Shown here: piece by piece, positions 9,708-18,592 of the stretch
Layout of the letters: the number at the start of each line of letters is the position of its first letter
Position numbering within the stretch: position 1 is the first letter of the stretch
Virus record (IMG/VR): IMGVR_UViG_3300017700_000797
Coordinates: 1-48,387 of that record
Source: a virus
Lineage: Duplodnaviria; Caudoviricetes
DNA length: 48,387 nt
Reading direction: 5' to 3' (one strand)
The notes under the pieces: model-generated
The model's input: only the letters and a program-made list of their open reading frames with translations
Database searches by the model: none
Told to the model about the DNA's origin: nothing
Program-made: the position numbers and the translations under genes

Positions 9708-9740
9708 TAAAACTCCCAATTTCTTTTCAGCGAGCGTCAA

Positions 9741-10148
9741 ATGGCAATCCGCCTCCCCCCAGCACCGCCGCTTGATCCTTCCGGCTTCAGCGCCCAGGCC
9801 TGGCAGCAGTGGTTCGACTTGCTGCAGCAGACCCTGGTGCAGGGCGGAATCGCCATCCTCGGGGCGCCCGCGAACTTCACGACCCTCGACGCTACTGTCA
9901 CGACTGTAACAAGCCTCACCTCCAGCGGAGTCGTCGCTGCGAACAGTGCCACGGTCACTCTCACACTAACTGTCGGCACCACTCTTTCGGTCGGCACGGA
10001 TCTCACAGTCGTGGGCAAGTTCGGGTGCAATGGCAAGGCTCCGCAGGCTGCCGTGGTGCTCCCGGCCAATGCCGTGGACCTCCCTACTGCAATTGCTCTT
10101 GCCAACGGGCTCAAGGCAATGTCTGTCGCTAACGGGACCGGAGCATGA
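9741..10148 (+). CDS. Putative tail needle / tail accessory protein
   Basis: 135 aa, Thr/Val repeat-rich fibrous segment, GKFGCNGKAPQ motif. Confidence 0.45.
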   Translation: MAIRLPPAPPLDPSGFSAQAWQQWFDLLQQTLVQGGIAILGAPANFTTLDATVTTVTSLTSSGVVAANSATVTLTLTVGTTLSVGTDLTVVGKFGCNGKAPQAAVVLPANAVDLPTAIALANGLKAMSVANGTGA

Positions 10149-10459
10149 GCTATCCTCCTTACTATCGCCAGGGCCAGTGGAACTTTTCCTGCGACCTGTG
10201 CGGCAAAATTGAAAAAAGCAGCCGGGGCACTCGCACATGGGATGGCCGCTATGTCTGCTTGAGTCACCGCGAAGAGCGCAATCCGCAGGACTTTGTCCGG
10301 GGCGTCAAGGACGATCAGACCGTGCCGTGGTCCCGCCCCGAGCCTCCGGACCAGTTCCAGGCTCCGCAGTGCATGCTCCAGGGCCATAACGCAATCCCCG
10401 ACTACGGTGTGCCGGACTGCTGCATCCCCGATTACATCAACACAGCCTTCTTGACTTAA
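10145..10459 (+). CDS. Hypothetical Cys-rich phage protein
   Basis: CDLCG...VC...EERNPQDFVRGVKD; ATGA overlap with upstream gene. Confidence 0.6.
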   Translation: MSYPPYYRQGQWNFSCDLCGKIEKSSRGTRTWDGRYVCLSHREERNPQDFVRGVKDDQTVPWSRPEPPDQFQAPQCMLQGHNAIPDYGVPDCCIPDYINTAFLT

Positions 10460-10468
10460 GGATTTCCA

Positions 10469-12169
10469 ATGAGCTCCCGCTTTGTTGCTTTCAGCCCGCT
10501 AACCCCAATCACAGCGGCGTGGCTTAATCAGGTCGACGACCTCTTCTTCACCACTGGCAGTGGAGGCTCCTACGCGATTGGGCACTTGCAGCCGGGGGCC
10601 GCTGCTGTCGCCCGTGCCCTTGGCGCGAAAGTCGCGGAAGTTTACAGTGTGTTTGACTTCATGACCGCCGCTGAAGTTGCTGCTGTGAAGGCCTACACCT
10701 TCACCACGAATGTCACCGCTGCGATTCAAGCTGCGCTGGATGCAGCATGGGCGGCAAAAGCAGATCTGTTCGCTCCGGCAGGGGGGTACTTGACTTCTGG
10801 CAATACCCTCCCCGGCAATGTGTTGGTAGTAGATGAGAGGGACCAGGCTTTGCGGCTCTTCGGCCAAGGCTATGGCAATCCCTTCTCGCTGTTGAATGGC
10901 GGTGGTACTGTCTTCAAGAGCGTAACGAATGCCCCAATTCTCACCGACATCGCGGGGGGAGTCGCGCAGAATCAAGGCACTTTCGAAGTGTGCTACATTC
11001 GTTTCGATGGGTCGTCGACAACTCCAGTCGTGAAGTTCAACTCCATGTATGGCACAGGCGGCTTCCACAACAATGTGATCTACCAGCGCAGTACCGGTGG
11101 CGGATTCCAGTTGCTGTATGGCGCCACTGCCAGTGTTCATTCCAATTACGTAATGAACAAGGATTTCGTGACCTTCGGTCTGGGCGCAGCGCGAGTTGGG
11201 ATTGGCTTCGACTTCCCACTCAACTACGACGCCGGATTGATCACGTTCAGCAAAAACACTTCCCGAGGCTGGTTGACCGGCTATTCTTTAGGAGGTGGAG
11301 CCGGTACTGTTTACAGCGCGAAAATCACTGACTGCGAAGTATCCCTTTGCTACAACGGGGTGCTGCTGGCCTCCAATGTGCAGGGCACGGTAATCTGCGA
11401 TAACTACTTCGAAGGTGGTGATGGGGGCATCGGCATTCAGAACCTCGGCAATTACAACACTATCCGCAAGAACCTCATCTTCCCTGGCTTTGCTACCTTG
11501 ATCCAGGATAATCTTACGACTAATATTGGCTCTGTGCTTGAAGCCAACACTGTGAGTATCGGTACTGTGGTGAATGGAATTGGAGTTGATGTACAGTCCT
11601 CTTCTGCCTTCGGCGGTAACGGTAAAAGCGTAATTGGCAATACCATTCTCTACACCGCAGGCACTGCAGGCGTCAACGGGTTGAAGATGAGCGGAACGGA
11701 CCCTCGTATCACTGCGATTGGGAATATCTACAGCCCGCGCGCGGCTTGGACCGGAGCCGGAACTCTCAAAGTAAATGACCTGAGCACAAACGGCATTTAC
11801 GGTTTCAGCATGAAGGAGCGGGGGGATGTGGAAGCTCCTTACGTTTCCAAAGGGGCCATCACTTATGCTACTGGCCCTACCCTCACAGAAGCCAATGTGG
11901 CTGCCAGTGTGCTGACGTTCCCAGATATGATGAATTTCTACGTAGTAACGGCAACCGTGGCGACTCCCGTCAACACCCTTGTAGCTGGTGTAACCAGCGG
12001 CCGCCGCATCCTGCTTCGCACTACCAATGCCAATATGACGATCAGTGATAGTGCGTTTATCCAGACCGCCGGGGGCGTTGCTTTTTCCGGTCCCGGCATG
12101 ATCGAATTTTGGGTAGAACGCAGCGGGGCGAATAGCTTCGCCTACGAACTCACTCGGACACTTTTCTAA
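10469..12169 (+). CDS. Tailspike / receptor-binding protein with pectate-lyase-like beta-helix
   Basis: N-terminal head-binding segment (YSVFDF...TAAIQAALDAA...LFAPAGGY), Gly/Asn-rich beta-helix repeats. Confidence 0.75.
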   Translation: MSSRFVAFSPLTPITAAWLNQVDDLFFTTGSGGSYAIGHLQPGAAAVARALGAKVAEVYSVFDFMTAAEVAAVKAYTFTTNVTAAIQAALDAAWAAKADLFAPAGGYLTSGNTLPGNVLVVDERDQALRLFGQGYGNPFSLLNGGGTVFKSVTNAPILTDIAGGVAQNQGTFEVCYIRFDGSSTTPVVKFNSMYGTGGFHNNVIYQRSTGGGFQLLYGATASVHSNYVMNKDFVTFGLGAARVGIGFDFPLNYDAGLITFSKNTSRGWLTGYSLGGGAGTVYSAKITDCEVSLCYNGVLLASNVQGTVICDNYFEGGDGGIGIQNLGNYNTIRKNLIFPGFATLIQDNLTTNIGSVLEANTVSIGTVVNGIGVDVQSSSAFGGNGKSVIGNTILYTAGTAGVNGLKMSGTDPRITAIGNIYSPRAAWTGAGTLKVNDLSTNGIYGFSMKERGDVEAPYVSKGAITYATGPTLTEANVAASVLTFPDMMNFYVVTATVATPVNTLVAGVTSGRRILLRTTNANMTISDSAFIQTAGGVAFSGPGMIEFWVERSGANSFAYELTRTLF

Positions 12170-12420
12170 TGGATAATGCTATGCCACCTGATCAAGAAAC
12201 AGCCATCGCCCTCGCCGTGTTGAAGGCGGAGTTCACCCACATGAAGGCCACGCTGGAAGATGTGAAGTATTCCAATGCCCGCCAATCCGAGCAAATTGAG
12301 AAGATCCTGCAAACTATGAACGAAGCCAAGGGTGGGTGGCGAGCCGTGGTCATCATGGGCAGCGTAGGGGGGGTGTTGGGGAGCTTCCTAACCTGGGCGG
12401 CTTCGCACGTTCGACTGTAA
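12169..12420 (+). CDS. Putative holin/antiholin-like membrane protein
   Basis: Coiled coil plus C-terminal TM segment, directly upstream of endolysin. Confidence 0.5.
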   Translation: MDNAMPPDQETAIALAVLKAEFTHMKATLEDVKYSNARQSEQIEKILQTMNEAKGGWRAVVIMGSVGGVLGSFLTWAASHVRL

Positions 12421-12452
12421 CCGAAGCGGCGGCAACTACAAAGGAGAAGAAG

Positions 12453-12899
12453 ATGCGACAGATGAAAATGGGCACAGCAGGGATGGAGCTCGTAAAGAGC
12501 TTCGAGAGCTGCCGGTTGCTCGCTTACAAGGACGGTGGCGGAGTCTGGACTATCGGCTGGGGGCACACCGGCGGGGTGAAGGAATTCGACACTTGTTCGC
12601 AAGAGCAAGCGGACGCATGGCTTGCGGAGGACATGGCTGACGCAGAGGAAGATGTCAACCTCTACGTGCGTGTGTGGCTGACGCAGGAGCAGTTCGATGC
12701 ACTGTGCTCGCTGACTTTCAACATCGGCGGCAATGCCTTTCGGAAGAGTACGCTGGTGGCGAAGCTCAACGCATCGAATATTGCCGGTGCGGCGAAGGAA
12801 TTCCTGCGCTGGAAGTTCGACAACGGTCAGGAAGTGGCCGGGCTGCTCCGTCGACGTCAAGCTGAGCAAAAGCTATTCCTGGGTCCGGGGGCGAAGTGA
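12453..12899 (+). CDS. Endolysin, GH24 (phage lysozyme)
   Basis: FESCRLLAYKDGGGVWTIGWGHT (E...D...T catalytic triad), FDALCSLTFNIG, GLLRRRQAE; start chosen at AAGGAG RBS. Confidence 0.92.
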   Translation: MRQMKMGTAGMELVKSFESCRLLAYKDGGGVWTIGWGHTGGVKEFDTCSQEQADAWLAEDMADAEEDVNLYVRVWLTQEQFDALCSLTFNIGGNAFRKSTLVAKLNASNIAGAAKEFLRWKFDNGQEVAGLLRRRQAEQKLFLGPGAK

Positions 12900-13252
12900 G
12901 CCTGAATTGGGACTGGATGCTCACGATCCTGGCAGTCTCTGCTGGGTTCGTGGTCGTGTCCTTCTGGCGAGCACATAGGAAGCCGGGGTTCGACTTCAAC
13001 GTGTTTGATCTGATCATGGACAACGGCAAGATCAGCAAGTTCGCGCTGGTGTTTATGATTGCGTTTGCAGTGAGTACATGGCTCATCGTGGTGCGGGAGT
13101 TGAAAGGTACGCTGACCGAAGGGTTCTTCGGTCTCTACTGTGGGATTTGGGTCACGCCGGTGATTGCGAAACTGATGTCGGAAACGAAGGGGGAACCAGC
13201 CGGAACAGTGACAACGACGAAGATGGAAACGACTGAAAAGGTGACTACGTGA
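12896..13252 (+). CDS. Putative holin
   Basis: 118 aa, about three hydrophobic segments, in the lysis cassette. Confidence 0.6.
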   Translation: MSLNWDWMLTILAVSAGFVVVSFWRAHRKPGFDFNVFDLIMDNGKISKFALVFMIAFAVSTWLIVVRELKGTLTEGFFGLYCGIWVTPVIAKLMSETKGEPAGTVTTTKMETTEKVTT

Positions 13253-13713
13253 TTATTCCATGGCAGGTGAAAGCAGGGGCCGCGTTAGCCGTTGTCGTAG
13301 GAGTTGGTGCGGCATATGGGTGGACATGGCAACGGGGGTTCGATACGGCCACTCGGGAGCGTGCTGCGCGTGATGCCGTGGCCGTGATTGTCAAATTGCA
13401 GGATAACGTCGCCGTGACCGCGAGCACGGCCGAAACGAATACGATTATCGAAAGGGTACGCAATGAAGAGCTTAAACCTATTGTGCATCGCATTGCTACT
13501 GAGCGGGTGCGCGTCGGAAAAGCAATCTGTCCAGATGCCACAACCACCAAAAGTGAAAGCACCGGCAGCAGCGACAGCGGAGATTCCGCCGGCCGGCTGG
13601 TTCGAGCAGACGTTGAACGAGATATTAAAGCGTTGACGCTGCGGGTGGAAGAGGGGTTCGCTACAGGGAGGGCCTGTCAAGCGAGGCTGAAGGCGGAAGG
13701 GCTGATGGATTAG
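13249..13713 (+). CDS. i-spanin (Rz-like)
   Basis: N-terminal TM, coiled coil, C-terminal ACQ; contains an embedded lipoprotein ORF. Confidence 0.75.
   Translation: MIIPWQVKAGAALAVVVGVGAAYGWTWQRGFDTATRERAARDAVAVIVKLQDNVAVTASTAETNTIIERVRNEELKPIVHRIATERVRVGKAICPDATTTKSESTGSSDSGDSAGRLVRADVERDIKALTLRVEEGFATGRACQARLKAEGLMD
13463..13636 (+). CDS. o-spanin (Rz1-like lipoprotein) embedded in Rz, 57 aa, not in ORF track
   Basis: MKSLNLLCIALLLSGC (lipobox LSGC) followed by Pro-rich QMPQPPKVKAP...IPPAGW; alternative frame inside Rz. Confidence 0.85.
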   Translation: MKSLNLLCIALLLSGCASEKQSVQMPQPPKVKAPAAATAEIPPAGWFEQTLNEILKR

Positions 13714-13726
13714 GGGTGGGGTTCTG

Positions 13727-13756
13727 TGCGCACGTTACAGCGGAGTAACGTGCGCG
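13727..13756. repeat. Dispersed palindrome copy 5
   Basis: TGCGCACGTTAC-agcgga-GTAACGTGCGCG. Confidence 0.95.
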
Positions 13757-13821
13757 TGGAATTGAGGTGGGCTGAGAGGTGGCGGGAGTTATCGGGGCAC
13801 TAAATAGCGGCCCCACAAACG

Positions 13822-13862
13822 ACGGGAGGGAATAGACATAGTTGCCTATTCCCTCCCGTTTT
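13822..13862. terminator. Intrinsic (probably bidirectional) terminator between convergent late and replication operons
   Basis: ACGGGAGGGAATAG / CTATTCCCTCCCGT 14-bp stem, followed by T run. Confidence 0.8.
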
Positions 13863-13938
13863 GCGTTGAATGGCGGTATGCTCTACCCCCCTACGTTTTG
13901 ATCCCCGGATTGGCCGGAACGCGCCGCCCGGAGTCAGT

Positions 13939-14241
13939 TCATTCTATGCGCGTATTACTATCCAGTAACGTGAGGGTAGAACTCTCAGGATTGCAAAGCC
14001 GTAGCAGTATGTCCCCATGACATGCCTGCGGGGCACAGTAACAGATTAGGGACTTTCCTCGCAGCCGTTCCTTTATCAATGTCAGGAGTTGGGGTCGGGC
14101 CAGAATCCATGCCTCGTAAAGCCTGACAACATCTTCACGGGAGCCATGTTGGCCGATGTGGAAAGGATTGCCGAATAGAGAGGGGCGACCTATGTACACC
14201 CCCTCTCTGTTTGGGTCGGCTACATGATAGACCTTAATCAC
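13939..14241 (-). CDS. DUF4326-like protein
   Basis: VYIGRPSLFGNPF...LRGKSLICYCAPQACHGDIL; likely GTG start at 14241. Confidence 0.8.
   Translation of the reverse strand: MIKVYHVADPNREGVYIGRPSLFGNPFHIGQHGSREDVVRLYEAWILARPQLLTLIKERLRGKSLICYCAPQACHGDILLRLCNPESSTLTLLDSNTRIE
13947..13976. repeat. Dispersed palindrome copy 6
   Basis: TGCGCGTATTAC-tatcca-GTAACGTGAGGG; overlaps the 3' end of the DUF4326-like gene. Confidence 0.9.
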
Positions 14242-16723
14242 ACTGCCCCCAGCTCGATTTGCTGCTGACAATTCCCACAGGGATTATGAGCGGCGTTTCG
14301 TACGGCAGCACGATTTGGCACTCTTCCACGATCCGGCGCAAGGCCCAATCACCATGATGGGACTCGAATTGCCCGGCCAGGGAATCGTGCACTTGCAGGA
14401 GGATTTCCACTTCCGGCAGGTTGTCGTCGATGTTGGCGTAGGCACGGTTAATGAGGCAGCCGGTAGTGGACTGTCCTAGCCATGCAACGGCTTGGTTGAA
14501 AATTGTGCCCTCGATCCTGTCGAAGAAGTGGAACTTGTACCCAAACACGTTTTGAATCCAGCGGCGCTTTGTAACTTGCTTCTTGACGTCCTCCTGCCAC
14601 TTCTTGATTTCTGGGCACATGCCATAGTACCACTTCTGGATGTTGTCAGTTTCGTGGACGTTGAGGCCGATGCGAGGGGCGATGCCTGCGGCAGTTCCCA
14701 GGTAATTGGTGCCATGGCAGAGAGCTTTGAACATTCCGTACTCCCTGGGATGGCTGTTCTTGTCCATGGCCCTGTTCTTGTAATATTCCCGCATCACCTC
14801 AACGTAAGGCTTACGTCCGTTGGCAAAGTGGTCCAGCATCCACAGGCAGTTGGATTCGCCAGTAACCACTCGTAAGTCGGATGAGTCCAGGTCGATGTCA
14901 AAGAACGTGCAGCCAGGGTCTGGGATGTAAAGCGTGCGAATGTTCGGTAGCTCAAGACCTTCATCTTCAGTGTCGCCCCCCTTCGGGATATTCTGAAGAT
15001 TAGCCCCGGTTCCAAACGCGTTCTTTGCACTTGCGAATCGGTAAGTGTCAGTTCCGCAGACATTGAAGCTAGATCGCATCCGGCCGTCGGTATCAAGAGG
15101 AGCCTGTATGAAGGTCGAATGAAACACACCAAGGCTTCGTAATTCGGCAATCTTACGCGTAACCGGCTGCAGTATCGGTTCACGCGCAGCAATCCTATGA
15201 AGCGCCTCGTCATCTGTCGTTACTCCTTTCGTTTTCTTGCTGATAATCGGTTTCAATCCCATTTCCCGATAGAAGAAATCGGCCATCTGCTTCGGGGACT
15301 TGATATTGATAACGCGGCCCAGGACTTGCTGCATCCAGTCTTCGCGAGTCGCCACTTCCCCCTGCACGGCCATGGCGAAGCGGAGACGCTCTTTCATGTC
15401 CACACGCAGGCCACGGTTCATGGTCTTCAGAACTCGTGGTGCGAGTCGCTGTTGGAAGTCGTCGACGGCTTGGACGCCAAGCGCTTTGACAACTGAACAT
15501 AGAACTTCCTCGATCGCCAGGGTCCGCACAGCATCCGTGCAGTTGTAAATCCAATACTTATCCTCCCCCTCTCCTTTTGGCCCCTCCGTCCAGTTGGTCC
15601 TGTCATCTTTCCAGTAGAGGTGATCATCCAGGTACATCGACGATAGGAAAGCAAGATTTTTCTCCAGGTTGCTGAAGCAACTATGCTGTTGAATCATCGT
15701 GTCCTTAACAGACGGGCAGATGAAGTGCCACCAGCGCCAGAAGTACTGTGCGTCGTAGTTCCAGTTCTGGCCGACAATCGTGACGAGTTGGCACAGCTGA
15801 TAGATGAGGAAGACGAGTTCCGCTTCCTCTTCGGCCGCCCAGTAACCAGAGAGCTTTTCCTGGTGCTCGGCTAGGGCTTCGTCGTAGTCGTGCAGCATGT
15901 GTTCGTACTGCTTATCAGAGATATTTTTACCCTGGATAGGAAGGAGGGGCATCGGCCCTGGCGTCTGCATGAACGGAATGCAGATAGCGTCGGTTTTGGA
16001 CTTGGCGAATGCAATGCAGCTAATGTGCCCGGCGCGGGTTTCGATGTCGCCGCCGATCTTCTGGCGCTGCCCCATGTTGTCTTTATACAAGGTCGCGTCT
16101 TGGATCATCGCTTCCAAGTAGTCACAAGCCTGCTCAAACGTCGGCCGGATCAGGAAGTTGTAAACCGTACGCTGTATCTCTGGGCCGGCGCTCTGCTTCT
16201 TTGCCCTTGCCAGGTCATGCACGATGAGAGGCCGGAGACGCCACTGCGGCATGACCATAGCGGGGCTGATGGTTGGAATAACTTTCTGGCCAGGGACAAG
16301 TGTGGAGTCCATGATGCTTGAGCGCCACGAACCGGCACCCCATTCACCAGTAAGAGCCCACAGAGCAAGGTTCCCGAAGGTGACCACAACATTTGGCTTG
16401 ACTCTCTCGATCTCACCGCGGAGCTGATCCAAGCTCTCCACGACCGATGGTAAAACATACTTCCCGTTGCAGTATACGTGGGCATGAGTGATATCCTTCT
16501 TTTTGGTTGCAATAATGGTTTCGACTTTGCCCTGCGGTACGCGGTCCTTCATGACCATCGTCACGTAGCAATGCTCGAAGTAGATGCCGACTTCCTGCAG
16601 CATCTTGCGGAGTTCGTAGCCGGGGCCGCCGACGAATGGGGCGGAGTTGAGCAGGTCCTGTTCGTGCGGGAATTCTCCGACGAGCATGATCTTGGCAGTG
16701 TGGGGACCGGTAGGTATAATCAT
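14234..16723 (-). CDS. Family A DNA polymerase with N-terminal uracil-DNA-glycosylase-like (SPO1-type) domain and 3'-5' exonuclease
   Basis: N-terminal IMLVGEFP...PFVG; exonuclease DIET, QNWNYD, YNCTD; NLQNIP; motif A DLDSSDLR; motif B KALCHGTNY; motif C QVHDSL. Confidence 0.92.
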   Translation of the reverse strand: MIIPTGPHTAKIMLVGEFPHEQDLLNSAPFVGGPGYELRKMLQEVGIYFEHCYVTMVMKDRVPQGKVETIIATKKKDITHAHVYCNGKYVLPSVVESLDQLRGEIERVKPNVVVTFGNLALWALTGEWGAGSWRSSIMDSTLVPGQKVIPTISPAMVMPQWRLRPLIVHDLARAKKQSAGPEIQRTVYNFLIRPTFEQACDYLEAMIQDATLYKDNMGQRQKIGGDIETRAGHISCIAFAKSKTDAICIPFMQTPGPMPLLPIQGKNISDKQYEHMLHDYDEALAEHQEKLSGYWAAEEEAELVFLIYQLCQLVTIVGQNWNYDAQYFWRWWHFICPSVKDTMIQQHSCFSNLEKNLAFLSSMYLDDHLYWKDDRTNWTEGPKGEGEDKYWIYNCTDAVRTLAIEEVLCSVVKALGVQAVDDFQQRLAPRVLKTMNRGLRVDMKERLRFAMAVQGEVATREDWMQQVLGRVINIKSPKQMADFFYREMGLKPIISKKTKGVTTDDEALHRIAAREPILQPVTRKIAELRSLGVFHSTFIQAPLDTDGRMRSSFNVCGTDTYRFASAKNAFGTGANLQNIPKGGDTEDEGLELPNIRTLYIPDPGCTFFDIDLDSSDLRVVTGESNCLWMLDHFANGRKPYVEVMREYYKNRAMDKNSHPREYGMFKALCHGTNYLGTAAGIAPRIGLNVHETDNIQKWYYGMCPEIKKWQEDVKKQVTKRRWIQNVFGYKFHFFDRIEGTIFNQAVAWLGQSTTGCLINRAYANIDDNLPEVEILLQVHDSLAGQFESHHGDWALRRIVEECQIVLPYETPLIIPVGIVSSKSSWGQCD

Positions 16724-17043
16724 ATTTTATTCTCCTGTGCAATGAGTGGATTGACGAGACTGGCGATCTGTCGACAGACCCCAGCAAATTCCTTTACAAA
16801 GGCTTCGTTAGCTGTTATCTTTACATCAGCCGCGTCAAGGTCCCATTGTAGGTTGTTAATTTCACTGCGATGGTTGGCTTCCATAGCGTCCATTTGACAC
16901 TCAAGTTCCTTGAGGTCATCTGATTCCCGATCAATAAGGAAGCGGCTCCGTTCCATTAGTTCTTGTTGCGCCGCTTTGTCGTCCGGTGTAACTGCCAACC
17001 AGCGACCTAGTTCAGCATTGGACAAGCGATTGTAGATCATCAC
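16720..17043 (-). CDS. Hypothetical coiled-coil protein
   Basis: 107 aa, overlapping stop/start with both neighbours. Confidence 0.6.
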   Translation of the reverse strand: MMIYNRLSNAELGRWLAVTPDDKAAQQELMERSRFLIDRESDDLKELECQMDAMEANHRSEINNLQWDLDAADVKITANEAFVKEFAGVCRQIASLVNPLIAQENKI

Positions 17044-18440
17044 ATCCCCATCAATGACTGCAGTTCCTTGGCCATGCGATCACCATCCGCCGCCGTACCA
17101 TGATTCACAGTATCCGCAGCCACGATCGAATCCAGGTTCTGCATCCGGCTATGGATCATGCTGAAATACTCCGGGTTCAGTTCCAACACCGTTGCTTCGC
17201 ACTTGTACTTGTGGCAGGCCGGGACGAGCGTACCGGAGCCGGCGAATGAGTCCAGGACTTTGTCCCCGGCCCGCACGCTCCGAACGAGCAATTGCTCGAA
17301 CAGCTCCACGGGTTTCTGCGCGCCATGCGTCATGTTGGCGTCGGCGTAGGAGGTGAGCACATCGGGGTAGATCGCGGTGACGGGCTTCTTGCCCTTGATC
17401 GCGTAGAGCAACGTCTCGTATTGGCGGCGCGGCCCCTCAAACGGCAGCGGCACGCGACCCGAGCCGGGCTTCGTGCAAATGAACGGCGTACGGAACACGT
17501 ACCAGCCAGCGGCCTGCATCATGCGTTTCAACTCGTGGAAGTTGTCGATGTCGCAGAACACGTAGGCGTGCGCTTGCGGCTTGGCAATGCGGAAGGAGAG
17601 TGGGCACCACGCCTCCATCAGGGCTTTCCAGTGGTCGTAGTCGTCCTTGTAGTGGTGTTCGTTGTTGGTCAGGCGCCCGCCGCCGCCATCGCCGAAGGTA
17701 TCTGCGCCCATGCCGTATGGCGGGTCCGTGAGGATGACGTCGTAGTAGCCTGCGTCGTGCGCGGCCATCCACGTGAGACAGTTAACATTGTGCGCTTTGT
17801 GCACGGAAGCGTTGAAGGTAGTGCCGACAGCGGCAGCGTTTTCAATGTTCTTTTGCTGCGCTTCTTGCTTCTTGATGATCTTGTAGGCTTCGTTGACATC
17901 TTTCGCTTTCGCAACTGCGGGATCGTGAAGGAACTTTGCTACAACAATCTCGCGGCGAGTGGCTTCCTGGAAAGAGCCGTCGGAACGGCCTTTGACTTCA
18001 ATGGCTGTGTCAGCCACGGAATGTACACGGCCTTCGGACTGCGCTTTGGCGCTGCGAATGCGGTGCAGCTTCGCCATGGCATTGCTGGACTCTTGCCACG
18101 TCAAGTCCTTGCGACGGATGTTTTCTTCGAGCTCGGCTTCTTCCGCTTCGAGTGCCGAGAGCTCCCCCAAGGTCACGTAGGGGATCATGCCTTCCGGCAC
18201 CAGCTGGTTGTTGTAGCGGAAGCTGCCGGCGAGTGCCCAGATGTTGTCGATGGCACGGATGCGGGTTTCGCCTGCGACGAGGATGAGCTTCCCACCTTCT
18301 TCACGCATGACAGGGGCGTGCAGCAGACCTTTGGTTTCGATCCCGGTCGACATTTCCTGAATCTTTACCGGATCGAATTCTTTGCGCTGGCGGTCGGGGC
18401 GAATGACGATGGCTGCGCGAGGGGCGAATTGCATTTGCAT
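17040..18440 (-). CDS. ParB-like CTPase/HTH domain fused to an N6-adenine/N4-cytosine DNA methyltransferase
   Basis: RQRKEF, GLLHAP, LVAGETRIRA, ELEENIRRKDL (ParB boxes); DPPY, HGAQKP, VLDSFAGSGT (beta-class amino-MTase). Confidence 0.9.
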   Translation of the reverse strand: MQMQFAPRAAIVIRPDRQRKEFDPVKIQEMSTGIETKGLLHAPVMREEGGKLILVAGETRIRAIDNIWALAGSFRYNNQLVPEGMIPYVTLGELSALEAEEAELEENIRRKDLTWQESSNAMAKLHRIRSAKAQSEGRVHSVADTAIEVKGRSDGSFQEATRREIVVAKFLHDPAVAKAKDVNEAYKIIKKQEAQQKNIENAAAVGTTFNASVHKAHNVNCLTWMAAHDAGYYDVILTDPPYGMGADTFGDGGGGRLTNNEHHYKDDYDHWKALMEAWCPLSFRIAKPQAHAYVFCDIDNFHELKRMMQAAGWYVFRTPFICTKPGSGRVPLPFEGPRRQYETLLYAIKGKKPVTAIYPDVLTSYADANMTHGAQKPVELFEQLLVRSVRAGDKVLDSFAGSGTLVPACHKYKCEATVLELNPEYFSMIHSRMQNLDSIVAADTVNHGTAADGDRMAKELQSLMGM

Positions 18441-18465
18441 ATTAGTTTTCCGAAAGGGGAAGTGA

Positions 18466-18493
18466 AAAAGCCAGAGCTGAAAATAGCCCTGGC
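18466..18493 (-). terminator. Intrinsic terminator
   Basis: Minus strand GCCAGGGCT-attttc-AGCTCTGGC-TTTTT. Confidence 0.7.
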
Positions 18494-18592
18494 AGTTGGT
18501 GTAGAGTGGTACGCGGCAGGGAGATTGCTTGCATGGCTGAAGTAGCTATCATGGCTGAGGTGGAACAGGCCGCCGAAGCGGCCGGGGTGTTG

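Noticed and set aside
18441-18592. Possible tRNA or ncRNA in the intergenic gap
   Set aside because: No cloverleaf or T-loop; explained by a UUCG hairpin, a short CATGGCTGA duplication and a terminator
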